Assembly: GCA_966212305.1 (NCBI GenBank)
Contig: CBIHQY010000030.1
Coordinates: 9,018 to 73,017 of the forward strand
Reading direction: 5' to 3'
Source: an uncultured Azospirillum sp.
Lineage (GTDB): Bacteria > Pseudomonadota > Alphaproteobacteria > Azospirillales > Azospirillaceae
Length of the DNA stretch: 64,000 nt
Both the position numbers and the translations under genes were made by a program. Numbering within the stretch: position 1 is the stretch's first letter; the number at the start of each line of letters is the position of its first letter. Positions 20,359 to 29,503 of the stretch are shown piece by piece. The notes under the pieces are model-generated. The model was given only the letters and a program-made list of their open reading frames with translations, was not told the DNA's origin and made no database searches.

Positions 20359-20369
20359 GTTGGGGGACT
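20359..20369. repeat. Degenerate extra copy of the att core (GTTGGGGGACT)
   Basis: 11 of the 17 att-core bases recur 75 bp to the left of the exact repeat. Confidence 0.3.
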
Positions 20370-20433
20370 CAGCGGGAAGGTCCCGGAGCAGTCAGCCCTA
20401 AGTGCTTGATTTACAAGGGAAACAACTGGGAGC

Positions 20434-20450
20434 TGGTTGGGGGACTAGGA
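20434..20450. repeat. attL-type direct repeat TGGTTGGGGGACTAGGA
   Basis: Exact 17-bp match to 58442-58458, which is the 3' end of tRNA-Gln including CCA. Confidence 0.8.
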
Positions 20451-20813
20451 CCCCCAATGCCGGAGGTTCCCCTAACCGAATCTACGCTTCCGAGGCGCGA
20501 AGCGGCCTCTTGACGCAAGTTTGTGGACTAGCTTGGTGGGCATGTCAACATCGGCATGAGGTGCCGTCAGGGGACTGCGTCAGCGAAGGGGAATGCCCTG
20601 TCACCAGTGGCGGATCACAGCCGCTTGAACAGGTCTGGATCGGTGAGCACGGAAACTGCAATCAGCAGGCGGCCGGCGCCGTCCGCGGCGGACACGAACG
20701 GGTGCGGCGGGCGTCCGGGAGCTCGTCCAGAGCCACCACGATGAACACTCGCGAGGGCTGACCGACCTTGGCGAAGCGGTCGCCAACAGATACCCGTGCG
20801 GAGCGCCAGAGCA

Positions 20814-21152
20814 TCAGCGGTTCTCCGGCATGCGCGCGAGCTCGTTGATCAGGTGGCCGTATCGCTCCGGCGGGAAGTGCCGCGGGTCGGCCGCCATCGT
20901 GCGCAACACAGCGTATCCCGACGCCGTGAAGCGCGCGGGAAGTGCAACCCGGTACCTTCGATTGTCATCAGCCCTCGCTCCATCATGCTCTCGACGGCGA
21001 CCGTCAGCTTCGGCTTGTCCTTCTTCGGATCGGTGGCCCAGCACTTCAGCGGGATGCCGTCCGTAAGCCGTGGCGGCTCAGACCAGCGGAGCATGGAACT
21101 CGCGGCGAAGCAGGTCGCGCTCGGCGGGGGTGAATTCCGGGGTGTCCGTCAT
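20814..21152 (-). pseudogene. Small conserved-looking ORF broken by two frameshifts
   Basis: Three consecutive reading frames give MTDTPEFTPAERDLLRREF.., then MLRWSEPPRLTDGIPLKCWATDPKKDKPKLTVAVESMMERGLMTIEG.., then ..ARFTASGYAVLRTMAADPRHFPPERYGHLINELARMPENR. A second small frameshifted ORF follows at about 20601-20814 with a TGATG overlap. Confidence 0.3.
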
Positions 21153-21638
21153 GGCGGCGACCGATAGCACCTGTGACGGCTAGTCTAACAGTGCCATGGG
21201 CATCCAACCCGTTGTATGGCAGCGTGATGGCATCCGGCCAGATCAGGATATGCTCTTGCGAATGGCGTAATTACTGCTGCCGACGCCCCGCGCGGAGTCG
21301 GCAGGGCCGCAAAGTGCGCAACCAGCGCGCACTTGTCCCCGCCAGAGAGGATCGAGCAGCTGACGACCTCTCCCCAACATTCAAACAGTAGGTGTGTCAC
21401 CGCACTGCCTCGTTTTGACGCATGTGATGACCAATGCGGCGGCCCTGTTGCAATACAAGTAGCATCCCGTCGGCAGGGTGACTCGGTTTTTCCCTGACAA
21501 AGTGAACAGGAGCTTTCCCGTCAACTGGACCGGGAGCGCTCAGACACTTGGCCCTAAATTATTCGCCTCCGCGGTGCGGCGGAAAAAATAACCGTTCTGG
21601 GCGATTGGGAGCGCCCCACTCAGCTATCTAAACTAAAG

Positions 21639-22502
21639 TTAGATCAGATTTATTATGCATCCTGCTAGTGCATTGATCATTGCTGCGGCGTTTGGAGACG
21701 GTGATGGTGGAATTGTTTGCGTGTCGAGGTGCGCTTGATCGCAGAGTGCAATACTGTATTTCTTTGATAGGCGTGTGGCGCTTGAGGTAGGGTTCCCGCA
21801 ACCAGATATTTCTCTCTTTGAGACCAAGAAATGAGCCTTGCTCTTATTGAGTGAAATAGCGCCTTGCGTAAAAACGATTTCTGTTTCATTTGGCCTTTTG
21901 CATTGCACCTGCATGTAGTCGCCCTGGCCTAATCCGTAAACATATTTACCATCCGTTGCCACATCACATTCAACAGCGCGGGCCATTACTTGCCTAACGA
22001 CATCCACACTGAGGGTGCTATCAACATATTTGCATTCTACTGTTACGATGGGGGCGGATTCTGGATTACCTGCATTCGAGCCCGAGCGAATTGCCGTGCC
22101 AAGCCAGCGAGGGATCAAAGCAATATCAAATTCATGACTTGCTCCGCTAATTCCTAAGAACTCCAAGCTGTTATGAATTTCATATTCTCTACCCTCGCGT
22201 TCCAAATAAATGAATCCTGGGGTTCCTCGTGAACTGGCGGGGTGCAACTGCCCAGGCCCCCCTCGAAGTACAAATGTACGATTGGAGCTATTCAGCCGAC
22301 GCCCTGAACAATCACACAAAATAACAGAAACGTCCGGGTGCGTGTTGATGGTTGAGCAAAGCATTGCTAGCAACCAAAACTCGTATTGCTTTCCGTATTC
22401 CGTCACCGTTGAGAGTCTGGCGCTCTGCCCCGACATAATGGTTATTTGTGAATTAGCAATTGCGGCAAGCATCGTCCTGATAGTATAAAGCATGGTATTC
22501 AA
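21639..22502 (-). CDS. Hypothetical protein, PD-(D/E)xK nuclease-like candidate
   Basis: 287-aa ORF in a visibly AT-richer block. Candidate core: E in EYGKQYEFWLL, D in HEFDIALIP, ExK in IVTVECKY, followed by a helix VVRQVMARAVE. The likely start is the internal MLYTIRT. Confidence 0.6.
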   Translation of the reverse strand: MNTMLYTIRTMLAAIANSQITIMSGQSARLSTVTEYGKQYEFWLLAMLCSTINTHPDVSVILCDCSGRRLNSSNRTFVLRGGPGQLHPASSRGTPGFIYLEREGREYEIHNSLEFLGISGASHEFDIALIPRWLGTAIRSGSNAGNPESAPIVTVECKYVDSTLSVDVVRQVMARAVECDVATDGKYVYGLGQGDYMQVQCKRPNETEIVFTQGAISLNKSKAHFLVSKREISGCGNPTSSATRLSKKYSIALCDQAHLDTQTIPPSPSPNAAAMINALAGCIINLI

Positions 22503-22530
22503 CCCTCCTTTTTTGGCCTATAATGCGTTC

Positions 22531-23148
22531 CTATGCCGGACTCGGCCGCGGGATAATGTCTGGGGCAGCTTCTGGTTCTTCGTCTGTGCTTGTAGGATCA
22601 GGATTGCTTTGCCGCGGAGTGCGCGTGTTTACAGAGGAGGACGGGTTTGTCGATTGGGATGCGCCAGACGGACCCCGCCCGGGGTTACGGGGTGATGGTC
22701 CTTGTTGAGGACTACCTCCCTGAGGTCCCTGGGGGGCAGAGCCGGGATTTGGTGGTGTTCTTAGAAAATCCACGAATTCGTCGAATCGATTGATGAAGGT
22801 AATAATGTCATTTTCTCCTTTATCATCGTACGCTGGTCTAGCGACCTGAGAGGATTCATCATAAACGATTAGAGAAATTTTATTATCAGCAATTTCTCTA
22901 AAACTGTCACGTGCCAAAGTGAACATTTGGAATGGGTCCTTGAGATGATGACGGACTGCTTCCGCCACGATCTTTGCTTGCTCATCAAGATCGTATTCAG
23001 AAATGCGTCGGGACAGCTGCCTTGGTGAGCGAGCTATTGCTGGGGCGAGTTTTAGCCTTTGTATGATGTCGTTTGCAACGTGGTCGAGATTAAAGGCGCG
23101 GAGTTCGCGAATGAATGCCACAATGTTGGGGCCAACAGGAGAAGGCAT
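22531..23148 (-). CDS. Hypothetical protein with disordered Pro/Gly/Ser/Gln-rich C-terminal tail
   Basis: 205-aa ORF 28 nt upstream of the nuclease-like ORF on the same strand, with the same AT-rich composition. No recognisable motif. Confidence 0.6.
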   Translation of the reverse strand: MPSPVGPNIVAFIRELRAFNLDHVANDIIQRLKLAPAIARSPRQLSRRISEYDLDEQAKIVAEAVRHHLKDPFQMFTLARDSFREIADNKISLIVYDESSQVARPAYDDKGENDIITFINRFDEFVDFLRTPPNPGSAPQGPQGGSPQQGPSPRNPGRGPSGASQSTNPSSSVNTRTPRQSNPDPTSTDEEPEAAPDIIPRPSPA

Positions 23149-23844
23149 CTTTTTTTGTCTCCTTTTTGTCCGCTATCGCATATCCCTATGCAACTCGTGT
23201 TTCAAGAAAATTCGGCGATAGGGGCCGCGAGGTTGTTGATGGAGCGAGGAGCGGTCAATTCAGTAAAGCTGCCATACCTCCGTACTGAAGGTTCCTGCTA
23301 CTCCTGAGCTAATTCGTCGTGGCTAAGCTCAATCCCGGCGCGGGATTGTGTTCCATAATGTCCGGAGTTGTCGAAATTCGCTGCGGCGATCATGCCCTCC
23401 GGCGCCATTGCGACCTTGCGGTCGAGGAGCAGCGATGCCTTCGAATTGCGCAAACTGCTGTGCGAGAGGATGGGCCGCAACCTGCTGGGTGCAGGGCTTC
23501 CGTCTAGCCTTCTATGATCCTGCCAGAGGTTGCTATCACGCGAGATGCAACAATAGGGTGGCTATCTGACGCCTGCACCGGGTCCGCTATGCAGAAGTAG
23601 CGACCACCAGGCAGGCCGCCTCCTTGACAGACATCTCTGGGACCGCTCAACACTAGATGATCACCCTGTAAAGCTGGCTGCCGGAGGGTCGCACTCCGGT
23701 GAAGGCCATTCTGCTTATGCGGCACTCTGTCGAGTAGAGGGTGGACGCGTTCAACACACGGTATGCCACACGGAAGCGCTCACCATTGCCTCTCAAATCG
23801 TCTGCGGTGCAGGCGACGGGCGAGCGCCCGCCGCCTACCTTTGG

Positions 23845-25035
23845 TTACCAATTGCGCAGCGTCTTCCATCCGCCCAGCAGCGGCGAGCCCTGCTCCTCCT
23901 CCAGCCTGCCGCCTCGCTCCGCCTCCCGAACATGATGGCGGTGATCGACTTCCGCCAAGTCCGCGCGTACCTCCTCTTTGACCTCGCGCAGCCATTGCGG
24001 CGTGAGTGCCTCAATCTCGGCCTCGGACAGACAGTCGCACTCGGCATCGACGACACGGCGGATCAGGGCCTCGCGGAACTCGGCCTCCTCAATCTGTCGT
24101 CGCCCCTCTGGCGTCTCGCGGGCGTAGCCCGGACCAGTGTAGAAGTCTTTGGGCGGCCAAAGCTGACGCTTAGGATTGGCCGTGAAGACGTACATCTTGA
24201 TAAGGCAGGGATCTACGTGAACCGGCGTGCCGTCGAGGTCGCCCAGGTCGTACGGGCGCAGGAACCCTAGGCGCCGCCCGTTGCAGAGGGCCGGGACGTC
24301 AGTCAGCGCCCCTCGGACGGCCTTTAAGAGATGCGTGGGGCGCATTGGCGACCGTTTGTAGCCGATCGCGGCGGCGAGCTCGTCCGCCGCGAATTCGATA
24401 ACGATATCCTTCCTGAAGTCGTCCGCGGCTGGGGCATGCAGGGCCGCCAAGTGAACAAGGCGCACGCCGTAGGCCCGTCCGCAAGCGCGGACCTCCCCCA
24501 AGTTAAGGCGGGCGTAAGGTATGGGCGAGACGATCGCGTGGCGCAGCGGCTCCGGGATCTTGTAGGTGAGCCAGCCCGCGCAATCGTGGTTCGCCCGCTC
24601 AATGACGGAGCATGCTATCGCGGGCCGGGTGCCGTCGGCGCCCGTGGCACTGAAGACAATGGTTGTGGTGGCAATCTCCTCGACCACCACCATCACCTCG
24701 CCGGGTCGCGGCAGACGACCGCCGTTGGGCGCTCTCAGGAATGCCGCAAGGTGTCGGAGTTCGACGCGAACGGTGGTCGCGTCCGGCCCCGCGGCATAAG
24801 CGTAGGCCAGCAGCAGGTCTGCAAGCTTCATCGCAGCCAGCGACATGATCCCGCTCGGCAGATGCAGATCGAGCGTCGCGCGTGCCCGCGGAACACGGAC
24901 CGCGTGGTCACCCGGGAACCCCCGGGCGGCCCATGCCTTCAGAGCCGCCCTGAGGTCCAGGCGCGCCCGGACGTCCTTGGGGACGTCGTGCTCCACCCTG
25001 TCCTTACACATGTCCGCCGCCTGATCCATCACCAT
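23845..25035 (-). CDS. Hypothetical protein, possibly a replication-initiator-like winged-helix protein
   Basis: 396 aa with good GC3 bias. The segment YARLNLGEVRACGRAYGVRLVHLAAL...IEFAADELAAAIGYK...LLKAVRGALTDV loosely resembles Rep-type winged-helix repeats. This function call is weak. Confidence 0.6.
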   Translation of the reverse strand: MVMDQAADMCKDRVEHDVPKDVRARLDLRAALKAWAARGFPGDHAVRVPRARATLDLHLPSGIMSLAAMKLADLLLAYAYAAGPDATTVRVELRHLAAFLRAPNGGRLPRPGEVMVVVEEIATTTIVFSATGADGTRPAIACSVIERANHDCAGWLTYKIPEPLRHAIVSPIPYARLNLGEVRACGRAYGVRLVHLAALHAPAADDFRKDIVIEFAADELAAAIGYKRSPMRPTHLLKAVRGALTDVPALCNGRRLGFLRPYDLGDLDGTPVHVDPCLIKMYVFTANPKRQLWPPKDFYTGPGYARETPEGRRQIEEAEFREALIRRVVDAECDCLSEAEIEALTPQWLREVKEEVRADLAEVDHRHHVREAERGGRLEEEQGSPLLGGWKTLRNW

Positions 25036-25157
25036 GTCCTTCCCGGTGCCCGGTGTCGTCTTTCATCGAGGCTATCCCGGAGTTGGCGACTTGGCCACCG
25101 GGCAAGTTCGATGGCCTTCACGGAGGTGGCGTCGGGTGGTGGACGGGCGGCCATGAA

Positions 25158-25815
25158 ACATCAGGCGATTCTAATTCGTAGTGAATGACGCCAGGGTTCG
25201 ATGCGGAGACCGCCTCCAAACCGTTGATACGTCTCGGTTCTTGTCTGGCACTAACATAAGAAGATTCGTGGATGTCCGCCATGGCGGCGGGGCGCCGTCC
25301 GCCCGCCCTGTTCGAGTCCGGCGATCCGGGGCGAAGCGGACTCCCATCGCCGGAGTATGCGGCTTCCCCGCGCGGCTGTCCGGCCCCTTCGTGACGGACG
25401 ACCCTCCATCTCCGTGACCGCCGCCGAGATCTTCGGAGGATGGCGACGACGTCCCTGCTGTTTCGCCACCCCCGGCCAAGCCGGGTGGTGTGGAGAGGTC
25501 CAGTCCCGGGCGAAGCGCGGCCGACGACAGGCGCAGCGTCAGCGGGCCGCCGAACCCCACCATGTCGGCGACAACAGTCACAGCGATCTCTGGCTCGTAA
25601 GGTGCTCGTCGTCCGCGAGCGGAGGCGGAGAGAAGGACCGTGTCGCAGCGCCGTCTGTGTCGCGCAGCGCCGGGCGACGACCGTCCCAGTGATCGTCGGC
25701 CGCCATGCGCCGATGGTGGCGACTGTGCCAAGCGCCCTTGCCCAGGGCCTCGTGATCGCCACTGCCGTCCCCTTCGTCAACGGCGCGGAGGACTCCCTGA
25801 GCAGGCATCACTTTC
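25158..25815. repeat. Tandem repeat copy A (about 0.66 kb)
   Basis: Shares conserved blocks with copy B: CTAA(T/A)TCGTAGTGAATG, CTAACATAAGAAGA, GCCGCCGAACCCCA, GTCGGCGACAA, and a ~90-nt block near the 3' end. Confidence 0.7.
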
Positions 25816-26464
25816 CATCAGACGGTGCTAAATCGTAGTGAATGGCGCCGGTGTTTCGGGTGCCGACACCATCGGAGGCGTTGGTACGTCTCAATCCCGC
25901 CGGGGACTAACATAAGAAGATCTGGCGTCCCCGTCCGCCCCGTTCGGGAAGGGCCGTCCCCGTGCCTGTCTCCGGCTTCTGCGCGCTGGACGATCGTCCA
26001 TCTCCGTGTTCGCCGCCGGAGCCATTGGGGGCATGGCGACGATGTCCTCCGCTGTGTACCGTCCCGGCGGAGCCGGGGTGGTGTTGGGGGAGGCCCTGTC
26101 GCGAAGCGCAGGCGACGACAAGCGCCGCGTCAGCGAGCCGCCGAACCCCACGAGGTCGGCGACAAGAGGGGCAGCCATTCCCGGCCCGTGAGGCGCCCGT
26201 CGTCCACCGGGAGAGGCGGGGTGAAGGGCCGTGCCGCGATGCCGTCGATGGCGCGCAGTGCCGGGTGACGACCGTCGCATGGATGGTAGCCGCCTTCGTG
26301 GACGCGTCGGCAACAGTAGGGGCGCAGTCGTCCCGGCTAGTGACAATCGTTCGCCTACGCACGATAACGGCGGGAATGGCCCAGGTAGACGGCCGCGACA
26401 TTCCGCCCTTTGTCGAGCGCCCGCTGTCGCGGCTACCGTCGCGCCGCCAAACGGGAGGGTGCTC
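25816..26464. repeat. Tandem repeat copy B (about 0.65 kb), ending at the methyltransferase start codon
   Basis: Imperfect copy of 25158-25815, with a ~65-bp indel between the second and third conserved blocks and a diverged 3' part. Confidence 0.7.
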
Positions 26465-29446
26465 ATGGCGGACGACAAGGACGTGGGCGGCGATGCGCCG
26501 CAGGAGGAAAGTGTCATGCCTGACGCCGTCGTTCCGGAGGGAGGGGAATCCGCCGCCGCTTCCTACCCCCTTCTTCCCGTGGTCCCGGAGGTGCGGCGGT
26601 TCGACTATTCCAAACTCGATCTGCCGAAGACGGTGCGCACGGAGATCGCGAACACTGCGGTCGAGATCCGTTCGGCCATGCGCCGGACGTTGGACGACTG
26701 GAAGCTCATCGGCAGCAGATTGGCCTGGGTCAAGGATCGACTGCCCCACGGGGCTTGGCTGCCGTTCCTGGAACTCGAGTTCGGCCTCAGCGACAGGCAC
26801 GCGCGGAACTTCATGACCGTCGCAGCCTTCATAAGCCGGAAGGAAGCGGAAGTTTTTTCCGATTTGCCACCCTCAACGGTGGCGGTCCTGGCAACGGCTC
26901 CAACTCCTGTTCAGGAGGAGGTAGCCGGGCGGCTGCGCCGGGGCGAACGGCCGTCGTTCACCGAGATCCGCGACTTGGCCAAGCATACCCGCTCGTCGGC
27001 CCGGACGGCGCGCCGGACCTCGGACGACCGTCCGTCGCCGACGGCGCCGCGGAAGTTGCCCGAGCATCTCTGGACCCCTGTGGACGGCGAGGAAGACGAC
27101 TTCGACACGGAGACGATCGAGGACCACACCAACCCGCCGGACGACCCGGACCTCTTCATTCCCCTGCACGACGTCGGCGTGACGCTGGACACCGCGGCGG
27201 CACTCGGCCTGGAGGAACTGGCCGCCGACTGGGGCGTGTCACCGGGGGCCGCGGTGCGGCGGCTCCTGGAGTGGGCGGACGAGAGCTACACTACGATTCC
27301 GCCGCCCTTGCCGACCTACCGATGCGACCGCCGAGCTGACTTGGCGGATCAGGCGTGCCGGATGCGGGTCCGGTACGTCAGCTTCTTTTCCGGGATTGAG
27401 GCCGCCCTGTCGGTGGCGGCGGACCGGCACCGCTGGGACGCGGCGGCGGTCTGCCAGTACGAGCCGCCGAGCAAGGCCCCGGAAAAGAAAGGGCAGTACG
27501 CCGCGACCGTCCTCACCGAGCGGCTGCCTCCGTCGGTCGCCAACCTGGGCGACGTCACCGGCGTTCAGGCGTCCGATCTCCGGGGCGTGGAAGTCATGGT
27601 CGGCGGCTCGCCGTGCCAGGCGTTCTCCGCCGACGGGTTGCGGCGCGGCGTTATGGACCCGCGTGGAATGCTGACGCACACGTTCGTGACGCTGGCCACG
27701 AAGGCGGACTGCCGCGTCAGCCGGGAGGGCATTCAAGGCGTGCCTGTGCTCCTGTGGGAGAACGTCCCCAACGTGCTGGCGCTTCACTATTTGGCTCCGC
27801 CGCCGAAGAACGCCGGGAAAAAGACAGACGGGGCGAACTTCGACGACCGCCAGGACGTCTTCGGCTCGGTGCTTGCCGTGCTGTCGGGCGCATATGACCG
27901 GGGAACTGTCATTCCGCGCCCCCGTACGACGGTCCGTAACCGCCGCAAGGGCACGGAGCGCATCGACCTGGAAAGCTGGCCGCGCGCCGGTTACGTCGCC
28001 GGACCCACGCGCCTGCTCGCCTGGGCCGTCCTCGACCCGGTCGCCTTCGGTCTGCCGCAGGCACGTGAGCGCGTCTATCTCGTCGCCTGCCGCCGCGGCG
28101 ACGGCCTCGATCCGCGGGAGATGCTGTGGGAGCGCCCTCCAGCGCTTGACCGGCCGTACTGGTCCGAAAACGGCACCACCGTCTGGCTGTTCGACGGCGT
28201 CCGCACAGGACCGGCCGTCCCGGCATCGCCGGGAACCGTGCGCGCCGCCTTGGCGGCGGCGTTCGTGCGAACCGGCATCGACCGGACCGGCGATGCGGCA
28301 TCAACGGAGGAGTCGCCCGCGGTTCCGCCGTCCGGGTCCGGAAAGCGGTCCCGCCGACCGAAGGGCGGGCAGCCTCAGGCGGCCCGCCTCGCGGCGCTGC
28401 GGTCGATCGTGCGGAAGACCGGGGAGCGGGAGTACGACCCCGGGGAGGACGTCCAGGAGCACGACGTTCCGACGGCGACTTACCACGGCAACGCCCAACC
28501 CGAAACCGGGCACGAGGCCGACTACCTGATCGCGCCGGAGCAGGCGGCCAACATCCTGGCCAATGTCGGGCGCAAGCGGAACGCGGACAGGCTCGCGCCG
28601 TGGGTGCGGACGCTCCTCGGCGCCGTTCACGAACAAGGCGCCGTCCTGCCACTTGACGCAATCCTCTTTAAAGACGACGAGCGTCAAGCGTTCGAGGAGG
28701 CGATGGCGTGGTGCGCGGACGCCGTGCTGCTGCACTGGTCGAGCAAGGGTGGCGACCTGACGGTGCGCACCGGGGCGGACAAGGGCCATATGCTGACCCT
28801 GAAGGCAAAGGCCGGGAGCGGCCCCGCCGAGCGCTCGCTGGTGGTCCGCCGCGACGGCGACCGCGTGTGGGTGCGCACCATGATGCCGGTCGAGGGCGAG
28901 AGGCTGATGGGCGTGCCGGACGGCTGGACCCAGCTGCGGAAGTGGGACGGCGGTTCTGCGGACGGGGAGACGAAACGGCGGAAGTCCCGCGCCTCGCTGC
29001 GCGCACACGCGGAGAACGCCCGCTTCTTCGTCCTGGGCAACTCGCTGATGGTGGGCATGATGGACTGGCTGGTCGGACGGATCGACGCCGCCATCCGCCG
29101 GGCGGCCGCCGACGGTGCTTTCCGTCCGGAGCGCGGCGCAGGCATCCGGAACCACTTCGAGGCCACGAAGGACGACGCCCGCCGCCGGGCGGCGCAGGAG
29201 AAGCCGAAGGAGACCGAGGGCGACTGGAAATCGCCACCGGCGCCGAACAACCGGGGAGCCGGTGCTCAGGGGTTCCGCATGTGGCTTCGCGCTCAGGCCA
29301 AGGACATGACAACGGACGAGATCCGCAACCGCGCCGTCATTTGGCCGTGGTGGTCGAAGGTGCTGGCCGAGAGGACGGTCGGCGATCTGCGGGAGCATGC
29401 CGAGGCCGTGGAGCGCGAACGCACGTCGCCGGACGTTCCCGAGTGA
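26465..29446 (+). CDS. DUF3102-like N-terminal domain fused to a DNA (cytosine-5) methyltransferase
   Basis: N-terminus: IGSRLAWVKDRLPHGAWLPFLELEFGLSDRHARNFMTVAAF (DUF3102-like). MTase motifs: FFSGIEAA (I), GGSPCQAFS (IV), LWENVPNV (VI), RLMGVPDGW, LGNSLMV (X). The ATG at 26465 is chosen over the upstream shadow start at 26231. Confidence 0.85.
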   Translation: MADDKDVGGDAPQEESVMPDAVVPEGGESAAASYPLLPVVPEVRRFDYSKLDLPKTVRTEIANTAVEIRSAMRRTLDDWKLIGSRLAWVKDRLPHGAWLPFLELEFGLSDRHARNFMTVAAFISRKEAEVFSDLPPSTVAVLATAPTPVQEEVAGRLRRGERPSFTEIRDLAKHTRSSARTARRTSDDRPSPTAPRKLPEHLWTPVDGEEDDFDTETIEDHTNPPDDPDLFIPLHDVGVTLDTAAALGLEELAADWGVSPGAAVRRLLEWADESYTTIPPPLPTYRCDRRADLADQACRMRVRYVSFFSGIEAALSVAADRHRWDAAAVCQYEPPSKAPEKKGQYAATVLTERLPPSVANLGDVTGVQASDLRGVEVMVGGSPCQAFSADGLRRGVMDPRGMLTHTFVTLATKADCRVSREGIQGVPVLLWENVPNVLALHYLAPPPKNAGKKTDGANFDDRQDVFGSVLAVLSGAYDRGTVIPRPRTTVRNRRKGTERIDLESWPRAGYVAGPTRLLAWAVLDPVAFGLPQARERVYLVACRRGDGLDPREMLWERPPALDRPYWSENGTTVWLFDGVRTGPAVPASPGTVRAALAAAFVRTGIDRTGDAASTEESPAVPPSGSGKRSRRPKGGQPQAARLAALRSIVRKTGEREYDPGEDVQEHDVPTATYHGNAQPETGHEADYLIAPEQAANILANVGRKRNADRLAPWVRTLLGAVHEQGAVLPLDAILFKDDERQAFEEAMAWCADAVLLHWSSKGGDLTVRTGADKGHMLTLKAKAGSGPAERSLVVRRDGDRVWVRTMMPVEGERLMGVPDGWTQLRKWDGGSADGETKRRKSRASLRAHAENARFFVLGNSLMVGMMDWLVGRIDAAIRRAAADGAFRPERGAGIRNHFEATKDDARRRAAQEKPKETEGDWKSPPAPNNRGAGAQGFRMWLRAQAKDMTTDEIRNRAVIWPWWSKVLAERTVGDLREHAEAVERERTSPDVPE

Positions 29447-29503
29447 GCGGGAGGCTTGGTGAATGGGAACGCGGGGCGGCGCGGTGAAAGCCGCCGGGTC
29501 CGC

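Larger units (their letters stand above)
14554..20433. mobile_element. Probable decayed older genomic island or accretion zone between glmS and the active island
   Basis: Contains a lone helicase gene, IS256 and IS630 fragments, and an integrase N-terminal fragment. That fragment abuts the att repeat in the same geometry as the intact int/tRNA pair. A degenerate att copy lies at 20359-20369. The left boundary is not defined. Confidence 0.35.

Noticed and set aside
23845-25035. Annotating the 396-aa protein as a replication initiator
   Set aside because: There is only a loose winged-helix-like pattern and no diagnostic motif. It is kept as hypothetical, with the idea noted.
25158-26464. Possible CRISPR array
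   Set aside because: The repeat unit is about 650 bp with only two imperfect copies. There are no short (25-40 bp) regularly spaced repeats anywhere in the window, and no cas genes.
25118-26800. ORFs of 110-300 aa in all frames across the tandem repeats (e.g. 25118-25780, 25171-25731, 25907-26800)
   Set aside because: Arg/Pro-rich sequences. Substitutions between the two repeat copies show no codon periodicity in the block I aligned. I treat the region as non-coding, and this remains provisional.
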